A stretch of DNA of 64,000 bases, from positions 124,001 through 188,000 of the IMG/VR virus record IMGVR_UViG_3300044638_006750; one strand, 5' to 3'. This document shows positions 9,652-18,943 of this stretch, in pieces. The notes below the pieces were generated by a model. That model was not told where the DNA came from. It was given only the letters and a program-made list of their open reading frames with translations, and did no database searches. Each line of letters begins with the position of its first letter. Positions within the stretch are counted from its first letter, which is position 1. A program made the position numbers and the translations under genes.

Positions 9652-10376
9652 TTATATATTAAATATGGACAGCTTGGATTATCTTGAAAAAATAGTGCGG
9701 TTTCATAAAAGAATTTGGGCTTATCAGATCCAAGAATCTTATATGTATCATATGTCATAAATAATCCATCCAGATTTGTGAGACTAGATAGTCTTATTGC
9801 ATATTTTTGATCAATCACCATATCTATGTGTGCGTTGTTCATTATGTCTTCTAAATTATCCAAGGTATCCTGATTAGATACATACAAAAAACCTTTAGAG
9901 TCATATTTATCCAATAATACATCAACACATGAAATAATAGAAATTGGCTCATCTATATGAGGTAATATTTTACTAGCTTTCCATGGCACCGACAAATGTT
10001 TCTCAAAGGATGCCACCATATCGCCTTCTATTGTTTTACCAAAACACACGACATTTTTCGGCTTAAAAGAAGCATTATTAATACTGTCTATAATAGTTTG
10101 AACAGATTTATTTAAAGTATCAAAATTTAAGACTAGAGTATAATGTATCTGGTTGTTTCGTAATATAATTTCTTTGATTTGTTCTTTATTAATGGACTGT
10201 TGATTTTTTTCTAGTGTTTCACTACCAAAAGCATAAGAACAACTATATGGATGAATAGTATGATTAATACTGTCGATTATGATACTATCATTAGTAATAC
10301 TTTCCGGTATGCCAAACTCACACCACTCATCTTCTGAATAAAAAATACATTTTTTGCAGTATGTTGTGTCCATCAA
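9648..10376 (-). CDS. Hypothetical protein, N-terminal Cys motif
   Basis: CKKC..C..C; ATGA-type coupling with neighbours. Confidence 0.55.
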   Translation of the reverse strand: MMDTTYCKKCIFYSEDEWCEFGIPESITNDSIIIDSINHTIHPYSCSYAFGSETLEKNQQSINKEQIKEIILRNNQIHYTLVLNFDTLNKSVQTIIDSINNASFKPKNVVCFGKTIEGDMVASFEKHLSVPWKASKILPHIDEPISIISCVDVLLDKYDSKGFLYVSNQDTLDNLEDIMNNAHIDMVIDQKYAIRLSSLTNLDGLFMTYDTYKILGSDKPKFFYETALFFQDNPSCPYLIYK

Positions 10377-10756
10377 TACTGGATCCTCTTTAGGGTAAAA
10401 ATAGTTTTAAAGTTATCTTCTACCATTTTATATAATATAATTTTTGGCTCTAAAGAAATGATATAATTAATAATATTCATAGGTTCTGTATGATGTTTGA
10501 TATCTCTCAAAAGAGATAATCCTGCATCTACCTCTATAGAATTTTTGGACAGAGCATCTATAATTTTACTATAGTCTAATAGGCTAATTACCAGCTCCCC
10601 TTCAATTCTTATTTTTTGCAGAATGGAATTTATGGTCGGTATTTTTTTATCCTCTGGTACTTTATCTAATCCGTTATATCGGATGGCGATTTGTGAATAG
10701 TCTGGTAATTGCTGAATTTCTGCAAAGTTTTCTTGATCTAAACATACTAAATTCAT
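10373..10756 (-). CDS. Hypothetical protein, weakly class I methyltransferase-like
   Basis: TINSILQKIRIEGELVISLLD resembles the ..RVLKPGG.L.I..PD motif. Confidence 0.4.
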   Translation of the reverse strand: MNLVCLDQENFAEIQQLPDYSQIAIRYNGLDKVPEDKKIPTINSILQKIRIEGELVISLLDYSKIIDALSKNSIEVDAGLSLLRDIKHHTEPMNIINYIISLEPKIILYKMVEDNFKTIFTLKRIQY

Positions 10757-11508
10757 AGTAGCATCGCTTTCTTGAGTTGGTTTGCAAAGGTTTTAAAATC
10801 ATAATTTAAGCTAGTATTATTACTGTTCATTATATTTTTAGAATTAATAGTTTTTTGTTCTATTATATCTTTCATAAAAATTGCACTAGATCCAGATGAA
10901 ATGGCAACATAACTATCCAGAATATTTGAACATATTATTAAAGCGTATGTAGAAAAGTATTCAACTAATTTATTATAATCCATGTATTTGCTAAAGTCAA
11001 TCAATACTTCTATCTTGGACACCCCACCCATATCATATATAATATCTGTTAGTATTTTATCATGATTTTTATCTAATATAAGAATTTTATCATTTTTAAT
11101 TTTTGAGGTATTTTTGGTTTTTGGTATAGCAATTCTCAAATTTTTCTCAAAGATTTTATTGTTATTTGGATGTAAATTTATAACATTAAAAAGAGACAAT
11201 CTTTGCTTAATTAAAAATATGTCTTCTTTTTTCAGATAAGACATGTCATCGTGAATAAATAGTGTAAATTGTTTGATTCCGCTATTCGCATAATTATTTA
11301 CTAAATGAGGATTATGTATAAATACTCTGTAGTCATTTAATATAACATGTTTAGCCGTAAAATACTGTAGATCGCTTATTTGATTAGCTCTAATAATTTT
11401 ATCAGATAATTCAGACTCCATCAATAAATCAAAACAAGAATTATTGTTGATATATTGTATCAACGAATTATTTTCTGATCCATAAATTTTGTTATATGTA
11501 TTACTCAT
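10753..11508 (-). CDS. Hypothetical protein
   Basis: 251-aa coupled ORF. Confidence 0.55.
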   Translation of the reverse strand: MSNTYNKIYGSENNSLIQYINNNSCFDLLMESELSDKIIRANQISDLQYFTAKHVILNDYRVFIHNPHLVNNYANSGIKQFTLFIHDDMSYLKKEDIFLIKQRLSLFNVINLHPNNNKIFEKNLRIAIPKTKNTSKIKNDKILILDKNHDKILTDIIYDMGGVSKIEVLIDFSKYMDYNKLVEYFSTYALIICSNILDSYVAISSGSSAIFMKDIIEQKTINSKNIMNSNNTSLNYDFKTFANQLKKAMLL

Positions 11509-12379
11509 AAAGACTACCGAGATCCAGTTTAGTTGACATAGTATAATGAATATTTGTGGCTTTATCTATACAGGACAGTTTTTTAAGCAATGAATCGTGG
11601 TCTATATGGTCATAGAAATTATTGCATTTTTGGAACTTAAATATTCGTTTGTTAGTAGATATAGTCTCAATATTATATCTCTTATCTAGGTTATATTTAC
11701 CTATAATTCTTTTATGGCTTTGTAGAGCATAGTAATACTCGATATCGGATATAAAAACAGCATTGATTTGCAATAAACAATCTATGCTATTAATAACAGA
11801 AATACGATAGTCGTCTGTAATGTTTCCACTAATACTGAGAATAACTTTTGTACTGCTTGGTGCGATTCCTATTTTTTTATGTAGATTTTCTATAAAGTCT
11901 AGAACCTTTTGTTCTTCTGTTGACTCTATGGCAAGAACTAGTATAGTATTTCTGAATCTTGCAGCTTCATAAAACACACAAACTAGATCTTCGATTATAT
12001 GGATATCTTGATTAAAGTTTAGAATAGCTCCAAATTTATAGTAATTATCAAATACGCGATTCAACTTAATTTTGTTTTGATTATATGAAACAATAAAATC
12101 TAGTTTTAGACTATCTATATGATTTTGATTCAATATATTTTGAGCTACGTCATTAGTGACACAAACTTTTGAAACAAGACTATATGCTTTAGGAAAATCT
12201 ATATATTCTATATATGGAATTCTAGGAAAAACAATATTTTTTGTATATTTTCTAGATATAAAAAGTTTATCATATAAAGTAAACTGCAAAATAGTTTTTT
12301 GAGAAGGATTAAAATGCTCTGCAATAGTCTCAGCTAACTTAGATTGTGATTCTTGTATTAATATAACATTATTATTCAT
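11501..12379 (-). CDS. Hypothetical protein, degenerate GT-B-like
   Basis: YKFGAILNF..INSIDCLLQI pattern resembles a GT4 C-terminal domain. Confidence 0.45.
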   Translation of the reverse strand: MNNNVILIQESQSKLAETIAEHFNPSQKTILQFTLYDKLFISRKYTKNIVFPRIPYIEYIDFPKAYSLVSKVCVTNDVAQNILNQNHIDSLKLDFIVSYNQNKIKLNRVFDNYYKFGAILNFNQDIHIIEDLVCVFYEAARFRNTILVLAIESTEEQKVLDFIENLHKKIGIAPSSTKVILSISGNITDDYRISVINSIDCLLQINAVFISDIEYYYALQSHKRIIGKYNLDKRYNIETISTNKRIFKFQKCNNFYDHIDHDSLLKKLSCIDKATNIHYTMSTKLDLGSLYE

Positions 12380-12770
12380 GACGAGGATCTTTGATGTGTG
12401 CGTATTCTATAAAATCATCATTGAGTTTTTGTTTATTACTATAAAAAGCTATTAATGTATTGTTATTCTTGATAACAGTATTAAAATATGCAATTGCGTC
12501 AGACCAAGAATAATTAGAAATTTTTTGATTACCCATTTCAAACCCTAGTGTCAATTTTTCTAACATGTTCAGTATAAAATAAGAATTAATATGATGGGCA
12601 CCATTAAGAAATTGACTACAGATTCTATCCAGCTTTTGGATATCTGACTCGCCCAAAGACTGCACAATTTCTGGTGTTAGGTATGGTTTGGGTTGTATTT
12701 TTTTTATTTCGTCATACTTATTAGTATGGGCTGTTTGTTGTTTTTGTTGATATAGTTCTAAGAGTCGTTT
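12372..12770 (-). pseudogene. In-frame C-terminal continuation of the GT4 gene beyond a single TAA at 12771-12773
   Basis: Manual translation: ..IIFKW*KRLLELYQQKQQTAHTNKYDEIKKIQPKPYLTPEIV-QSLGESD.. runs stop-free into the ORF at 12372-12665. Confidence 0.7.
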
Positions 12771-14066
12771 TTACCATTTAAATATAATATGATTCCAGCT
12801 ATAATGATCTATACAGTTATTTCTTGTTGTAATTCTATTTCTATACTTAATGGGATAAGGAATATAAAGAAAATTATGCATAATTTCTACAAGACTATTA
12901 TTGTCTGGATAGGCCCTATAAGCCTGAGTTTCTAGCTCTTTAAATAATGTTGCGATTTGTACAGGGGTCGCGTTTAATTTTGAGACTATATCCTCCATGG
13001 CGCTATATGGGATCGTTGTGACAGGCACACCGCAAGCAGCAGCCTCTACTTGAGGCATACCGAATCCTTCGCATATTGAGTATTGTATGTACATATCAAA
13101 AGCATTATAAATATTTACCATCTGATCCAAGGTTACTCCGGATGTAACTGATGGCAAACTTGCGCTTTTATTTTTGCAATATATACAGTTTCTATGGGAT
13201 CCTGAATATACATCAGCAAATACCTTTTTGCAATTTTGACACAAATATGTCAACAATGTTCTGTTTAACATTCTGTTATCTTTAAGAAGGGTAGGTATAT
13301 CCCACCCCAAATAGTCGGGGTATCCGGTATGGAGATACAAGTACACCTTATCTGCAAAAGGAGAGTTCTCAGATGCGAGTTTGTCTATTAGCTGTCTAGT
13401 TGCTTTGATCAGCTCTGGGATTAGTTTCCTTTTTTGATTTCTCATCACAGAACCAAACACTATTTTATTTTCATCAATTTGTAGAGCTTTTTTAGCTATG
13501 CTACTATCTATTAGGCTATATGTGGTAGCATCTATCCCTGGTGATGCTGTATCTATATGATTTATATGTCCATTAGTTTGTAACTTTAAAACTTGTTCTG
13601 CCCAATCAGAATATGTAAAGATAGAATCAGCACCTAAATAAGTATCTAGCCAAGCTTCCTGCTGAGGATAAGAATCGACTGTTGGCATTACCATCCAGTG
13701 AAAACATTTTCTTAGAGGAGAGTATGCTTGATAGCAATTCATCCAATAGTCTCTTATATCTATAACCACATCTGGTTCAAAATCTATTAATGTTTTTTCA
13801 AACCTCCATCTACCAAAAGCATTTTCAGGACTAGCTGAATATTCTCCGAATCTTGGGTCTGTATTTTTAACACAGTTAGCATAATATCTCCATGTAATAT
13901 CTCGATCCCTAGGATCGTTTACCATACCATAGCAAGCCAGCTCGGCAACATGAAACGCCGGGTTCTTACTAAGTCTAGCAAGTAGTTCCTTGCCATACAC
14001 AGCATATCCAGTGCTCAAAAAACTGGCTTCATTGCACAATAAAATTTTTAATGGTTGTTGTGTCAT
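12771..14066 (-). CDS. GT4 (GT-B) glycosyltransferase; likely start ATG at 14066 rather than 14108
   Basis: KILLCNEASFLSTGYAVYG, VMRNQKRK, CEGFGMPQVEAAACGVPV; the longer start runs through a terminator hairpin. Confidence 0.85.
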   Translation of the reverse strand: MTQQPLKILLCNEASFLSTGYAVYGKELLARLSKNPAFHVAELACYGMVNDPRDRDITWRYYANCVKNTDPRFGEYSASPENAFGRWRFEKTLIDFEPDVVIDIRDYWMNCYQAYSPLRKCFHWMVMPTVDSYPQQEAWLDTYLGADSIFTYSDWAEQVLKLQTNGHINHIDTASPGIDATTYSLIDSSIAKKALQIDENKIVFGSVMRNQKRKLIPELIKATRQLIDKLASENSPFADKVYLYLHTGYPDYLGWDIPTLLKDNRMLNRTLLTYLCQNCKKVFADVYSGSHRNCIYCKNKSASLPSVTSGVTLDQMVNIYNAFDMYIQYSICEGFGMPQVEAAACGVPVTTIPYSAMEDIVSKLNATPVQIATLFKELETQAYRAYPDNNSLVEIMHNFLYIPYPIKYRNRITTRNNCIDHYSWNHIIFKW

Positions 14067-14072
14067 TATACG

Positions 14073-14100
14073 AAAAAGGGCTATGTTATTAGCATAGCCC
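14073..14100 (-). terminator. Intrinsic terminator downstream of ssb
   Basis: Minus strand GGGCTATG-CTAATAA-CATAGCCC-TTTTT: 8-bp perfect stem followed by a U tract. Confidence 0.8.
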
Positions 14101-14129
14101 TGTTTCATTCCACTTCTTATGACGATATC

Positions 14130-14501
14130 TTAGAATGCGACCGTTTCTTCCTTAGATTCTTCCTTGCGTGAAGATAGCTTAGTAATCTTAGAAAAGTTAT
14201 TGACACGAATCTTGAGAGAAGAATGCTTAACTCCATCCTTTTCCCAAGAATCATTTCTAATAGAACCTTCCACAAGAACTAGATCGCCCTTCTTGAAGGA
14301 CTTTCCGATAATCTCAGCACCCGTATCCCATGCTTCACACGGAATGAAAGATGTGATCTTATCCTTACTTCCATTAGCCTTGGTATATTCTCTAGAAGTA
14401 GCTACTGTAAAGTTAACTACTGAAGTTTCCTTACCATTACTGCTAATTGATCTAAGCTCAGGATCTCTAGCTAAATTTCCACGAATAATAACAATATTCA
14501 T
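14130..14501 (-). CDS. ssb: Single-stranded DNA-binding protein
   Basis: MNIVIIRGNLARDPELR..FTVATSREY..CEAWD..GDLVLVEGSI; C-terminal tail ending in AF. Confidence 0.95.
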   Translation of the reverse strand: MNIVIIRGNLARDPELRSISSNGKETSVVNFTVATSREYTKANGSKDKITSFIPCEAWDTGAEIIGKSFKKGDLVLVEGSIRNDSWEKDGVKHSSLKIRVNNFSKITKLSSRKEESKEETVAF

Positions 14502-14548
14502 CGTTTTCGACTCCTTGTTTAAAAACCAAAATGTCCCAACACTGGTAT

Positions 14549-14576
14549 ATTATAAACACCGTCCCACGCAAGTCAA
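14549..14576 (-). promoter_or_regulatory. Sigma70-like promoter for ssb
   Basis: TTGACT-N16-TATAAT on the minus strand, ~48 nt upstream of the ATG. Confidence 0.7.
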
Positions 14577-16189
14577 GCCATCGGCAGATAACATTTTTCA
14601 ACGATTAGGTCGTTCTTCTTCGATGACTTCGTACCCTTAAAAATAAGAATATTACCTTCAAATAATTGGTTACGATATAAAGATAGCTGTTCGGTAAAGA
14701 ATATCAATGAATCTACATATCCTGTACTGTCAGAGATGCTTACAAAAGCCATCTCATTACCTTTATTCTTTCCGTTCTTAATTTTAATCACATTCATTCC
14801 ATCTATTTCTCCAGCCATAATAATAGATTTTCTTTGAGAGTCCTTGAACTCTTTACATGTTGTATTAGTCATACTAATATCATAAGAATCTACTTTAGAA
14901 TATGTAATATTAATGCCCAATAAAGCATTCTCATTATCGCATACCCACTCTATTTTATCTTCTAGTGAATATGGAGGTTTAATTAGAGATGTTATCAAGC
15001 CCAACAAAATATTCCTACGATTCTGTGTAATCTTTGGTTTTTTTACCAAAATATTCATCAGTTGAACAATATTAAATTGTTTGATATCTAGAGATAATAC
15101 ATATTCTATTTCTTTGGCTGTTAACTCGCTAGCTATATCATAATCAAATAACATCTCAGTTCTACTCTTCTTAATATAGCTAAAGGCTCCACTACAAATC
15201 ATAGCTTTTGCGGCGGTAGAGTTTATTTTCAATAGTAGCTTAAATAATATTTCTACCCACGACATATTGTATACATCTAAATTTTTAGATATGTCTACAA
15301 TCTTGTTATAAACAGAATCACCAACACCTTTTATGTCTGTTAGACCAAAATAAATCTTATTATGATGTATCACAAAAAACTGATTAAGTAATCTATAGTC
15401 TGGAACGCAAATTTCTATATCCATATCAGTTGCGTTTTTAACTAGTTCTTTAATTTCTTGTTGAGGATCTATTTTATCTTTGGCATACTTAAGGTAGGAC
15501 GCAAAGAATATCTTGGGGAAGTGGGCTTTGCTGAAAGCTGATAAATATGCATTTATAGCATAGCTAACTGCATGAGATTTATTAAAAGAGTATCTTTGAC
15601 TTTTTTCAATCCAGCTAAAAATCTGCTCTGCTTCGCTTTCATTAACTAAACCAGTAGCTTTGCACCCTTGAATAAAAATAATCTTAAGTTTTGCCATTTC
15701 TTCTGGCTTTTTCTTGCCAATGGCTTTTCTTAACTGGTCTGCTTCCTGTAAATCGAAACCAGCTATTTTTTGAGCTATTTCCATCGCCTGTTCTTGATAA
15801 ACCATTTCTCCAAAAGTGGTTTTGAGAATAGGCTCTAGTGCAGGATTAAAGTAATCTATAGACTCTTCGCCATTCTTTTTGTCTATAAAATGATTACTAA
15901 CCGTTTTCCCATCCCTAATAGCTTCCAGACACCCAGGTCGCATAATACTAATGAGGGCGGAAAGTTCTTCAATATTAGACGGTTTAAGCTTTCTCGCCAT
16001 GCTTTGTCCAAGACGAGACTCTAACTGAAAACAACCCTTTGTGTTTCCAGAAGAAAGCATGTCCCATGTTCTTTTACAGTCAAAATTTATAGAGTTCATA
16101 TCTATAGAAAAATCTATCTTTGGCATAGCGCCTTCGGATTTCTCTATGATTGGAAATCTACAACCACAATCAAAAGTATAATATTCCAT
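14573..16189 (-). CDS. dnaE: DNA polymerase III alpha (DnaE), C-terminal half (fingers, HhH, OB)
   Basis: GCFQLES, LISIMRPG, GEMVYQEQAM, ADQLRKAIGKKK, YSFNKSHAVSY, GLTDIKGVG, C-terminal OB fold. Confidence 0.92.
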   Translation of the reverse strand: MEYYTFDCGCRFPIIEKSEGAMPKIDFSIDMNSINFDCKRTWDMLSSGNTKGCFQLESRLGQSMARKLKPSNIEELSALISIMRPGCLEAIRDGKTVSNHFIDKKNGEESIDYFNPALEPILKTTFGEMVYQEQAMEIAQKIAGFDLQEADQLRKAIGKKKPEEMAKLKIIFIQGCKATGLVNESEAEQIFSWIEKSQRYSFNKSHAVSYAINAYLSAFSKAHFPKIFFASYLKYAKDKIDPQQEIKELVKNATDMDIEICVPDYRLLNQFFVIHHNKIYFGLTDIKGVGDSVYNKIVDISKNLDVYNMSWVEILFKLLLKINSTAAKAMICSGAFSYIKKSRTEMLFDYDIASELTAKEIEYVLSLDIKQFNIVQLMNILVKKPKITQNRRNILLGLITSLIKPPYSLEDKIEWVCDNENALLGINITYSKVDSYDISMTNTTCKEFKDSQRKSIIMAGEIDGMNVIKIKNGKNKGNEMAFVSISDSTGYVDSLIFFTEQLSLYRNQLFEGNILIFKGTKSSKKNDLIVEKCYLPMA

Positions 16190-16190
16190 C

Positions 16191-16895
16191 CTAAGTCATC
16201 AATGGTTTAGAAAATGAGTCCTTGAATTTAACTTTACTTGCCAGTTTTCTGTGAAGTTTCAAAAATCTAATCAAAATATCTGCTGTATCTTTTACGTCTT
16301 TAAGTGCATCGTGAGCACCATCTTTGCTAATACCTAAATAATCTCTAAGATTATCTAATGTATAGCTCTTTAGTTCTTTTGATCCTTCGAACCAATAAAA
16401 AACTAAATTCATAATATCTATTACATCTCTCGGATAAAATAAAGACGAATTACCTTCTTTATTAACATTCTTATATTTTACGCTTAGTTTTTGAACTATA
16501 GGCAAATCAAACCTATTAATATTATAGCCAGCCGCTATGGGAGCAGTAAAGCACGATTTTTTCTCTGAACGAATATGATACATATCTAAGTAGGATGTAA
16601 ACATTTTCCATCCAGCATCCTGCTTCGGATATGATTTCCATTGTGAGAGGATATCGTCTTTTGATGATCCTCTCACCTTGGCATGAAAATCCAAAACGTC
16701 TGAGTCTTCGTAGGAATAGCTGCTATTTTGTTCCAAAGCCTCTGGCTTGAGATTTATATTAAACTCGGAGTCTGGTATGACTTCCAGTTTAAATGGATCT
16801 ACAATAATAGCGGCTATTTGAACAGGACTACAAACATTGGGGTCTTTACCGTCAGTTTCTAAATCGAACACACAAATTTTTTGATTATTAGCCAT
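16191..16895 (-). CDS. DEDDh 3'-5' exonuclease (DnaQ/epsilon-like)
   Basis: VFDLETDG, AGYNINRFD, AHDALKD. Confidence 0.9.
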   Translation of the reverse strand: MANNQKICVFDLETDGKDPNVCSPVQIAAIIVDPFKLEVIPDSEFNINLKPEALEQNSSYSYEDSDVLDFHAKVRGSSKDDILSQWKSYPKQDAGWKMFTSYLDMYHIRSEKKSCFTAPIAAGYNINRFDLPIVQKLSVKYKNVNKEGNSSLFYPRDVIDIMNLVFYWFEGSKELKSYTLDNLRDYLGISKDGAHDALKDVKDTADILIRFLKLHRKLASKVKFKDSFSKPLMT

Positions 16896-17073
16896 TAATT
16901 ACCACTGCTGTTCCTGGGGCAAAAAAAGTTTTGTTAGCCGCATTGGACACGTCCTCTGCATTAATAGATTTGCAACAGCTAACCTTAATCGTATCAATTT
17001 TTCTATACTGAGTGTCAGAACCATGAACTTTAAATTCTTGTCCAACATTTAGCTCAGAAAATAGTTTATTCAT
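16888..17073 (-). CDS. Small hypothetical protein between the polymerase halves
   Basis: GGAGG SD then ATG at 17073; overlaps both neighbours. Confidence 0.7.
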   Translation of the reverse strand: MNKLFSELNVGQEFKVHGSDTQYRKIDTIKVSCCKSINAEDVSNAANKTFFAPGTAVVING

Positions 17074-18943
17074 AACTACCTCCATTTTTCAAAAGTGTAC
17101 TTACAGTCATAACCTTATCTAACATTGCAACGCCTAAGATATCGAACTTGATAATACCTAAAGTTTCTAAATCTTGCATTTCCATGCCAGCTATTTGTTG
17201 CTTATTTTTGGTATCATAAACCATAGGACATATATTCCCTAGTTTTTGATCAGAAATAACAATGCCAGCCGCATGTTTGGATTGGTTAACTTTAGTTCCT
17301 TCTAGACGAATGGCTTGCTCAAAACGCATCGCTAGGGGACCAGACAGCACACCATCCTCATTAATATAACACCAATTCTTGAGTTTGTCAACATTATTTT
17401 CTAGAGACCACTGTATAATCGAGGCTTCTCCATATTCTTCTTTCATTTCTTGTAGTTCGTCTGCAATCTTAGCCTCGTCGGGTATATTTTTTGTGATAGT
17501 GTTCATTTCATCAAAAGTTATATCTCCGTATACTCTTAAAACATCCTTTAAAGCCCCTCGACCCTTTAGGGTGTTAAAAGTAATCATTTGGGACACATTT
17601 TCTGTACCATACCTATTTTTGATATAACCAATAACATCTTCTCTCTTATTAATTGGTACGTCAACGTCAATATCTGGCATAGAGATTCTATCCTTAGTAT
17701 TTCTTCCTGCATTATAAAATCTTTCAAAGATTAGATTATATTTTAGTGGATCAATACTAGTAATACCAATCAAATAGGAAACCAGACATCCGGCAGCTGA
17801 ACCTCGACCGGGACCGGGCAACCAGCCACTATCTCGCACAAAATTGACGATATCAGACACTATTAAAAAGTAGCTAGACAGACCAGCCCCCTGTAAAACA
17901 GACAGTTCGTATTTGATCCTTTCTGCATACATGTCTTGTTGTTCTTTGCTAATATTATTGCTAATTTTTTCTCTCCACCCATTTCTACACAACTGTCTCA
18001 GAAATTCATCAGGATCATTATTGATGCATTCGAATGGAGGCAGCATTGGTTTATGAGAGATATCGTAATCTTCACACATACTATCTATAAGGTTGGTATT
18101 ATCAACTTCTTCTTGTGTATGAATTTCATTCATCTCTTCTGGAGACAGAATATAATAATTATCCGATACAAAAAATGTTGACATTGGTACAGACTCATTA
18201 TTTACTATCTTTCGATTAATGTCTGTAAATGTTGTTTTTAGATTATTACAAAGAAGTATTCTCTGATCTATCGCGTCTTCTTTTTCTGAATAGTGAGCAT
18301 CGGGTGTGCAGATCACTTTGGTATTAGTCAGTTTACCCAATTCACGAATACAGTCTGTCAATATTTTTTGAGCGGGGTTATGGTTTTGATCCATAAGTTG
18401 TGCTTCAAGAAAAAAATTGTCATTGCCAAATGCATTCTTGAGTATGCCTATTTTTTCTATGCCTATATTTTTCCAGTCTGGAGAAATCTTATCATCTTCT
18501 AAAATATGGTTAGCAATATATGATCCCAGATGACCACAGAAACCAATCATATTTCCATCTAAAAATTCTGACAACTTATCTATACTAAGTCTTGGCTTAC
18601 GATAGAAGTAGTCTTCTCTATTTGATTCGGATATAATTCGTATTAATTTATGCCAACCGGCCAAATTTTTTGCTAAAACTAAGAAATGACTAGGAGATTC
18701 TTCTTTATTTTTTATAGAAGGATCCGAGTCTGAAATATATAGTTCGCATCCCAATATGGGTTTGATACCAGACTTTTTTAAGGTGGTATGGAACTGAACT
18801 GCTCCGGCTATGTTGCCATGATCAGTTAATGCACAAGATCCTACCCCTATTTTTTTACATCTTTCTGATATTTGTGATGGTTTACTTAATCCATCCAATA
18901 AACTATAGTGAGAATGAACGTGCAGTGGAATATAATTTTTCAT
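17066..18943 (-). CDS. dnaE: DNA polymerase III alpha (DnaE), N-terminal half (PHP + palm/thumb)
   Basis: HVHSHYSLLDG, TDHGN, DAHY; GPGRGSAAGCLVSY, MPDIDVD, IKFDILG (all three catalytic Asp). Confidence 0.95.
   Translation of the reverse strand: MKNYIPLHVHSHYSLLDGLSKPSQISERCKKIGVGSCALTDHGNIAGAVQFHTTLKKSGIKPILGCELYISDSDPSIKNKEESPSHFLVLAKNLAGWHKLIRIISESNREDYFYRKPRLSIDKLSEFLDGNMIGFCGHLGSYIANHILEDDKISPDWKNIGIEKIGILKNAFGNDNFFLEAQLMDQNHNPAQKILTDCIRELGKLTNTKVICTPDAHYSEKEDAIDQRILLCNNLKTTFTDINRKIVNNESVPMSTFFVSDNYYILSPEEMNEIHTQEEVDNTNLIDSMCEDYDISHKPMLPPFECINNDPDEFLRQLCRNGWREKISNNISKEQQDMYAERIKYELSVLQGAGLSSYFLIVSDIVNFVRDSGWLPGPGRGSAAGCLVSYLIGITSIDPLKYNLIFERFYNAGRNTKDRISMPDIDVDVPINKREDVIGYIKNRYGTENVSQMITFNTLKGRGALKDVLRVYGDITFDEMNTITKNIPDEAKIADELQEMKEEYGEASIIQWSLENNVDKLKNWCYINEDGVLSGPLAMRFEQAIRLEGTKVNQSKHAAGIVISDQKLGNICPMVYDTKNKQQIAGMEMQDLETLGIIKFDILGVAMLDKVMTVSTLLKNGGSYE

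Noticed and set aside
14067-14132. SSB-GT4 fusion or the longer GT4 start at 14108
   Set aside because: SSB ends in a normal C-terminal tail and an intrinsic terminator lies in the interval.
16189-17070. Split intein or intron joining the DnaE halves
   Set aside because: No Cys/Ser-initiated intein N-block or His-Asn C-block at the junctions; the gap is fully occupied by two coupled ORFs.
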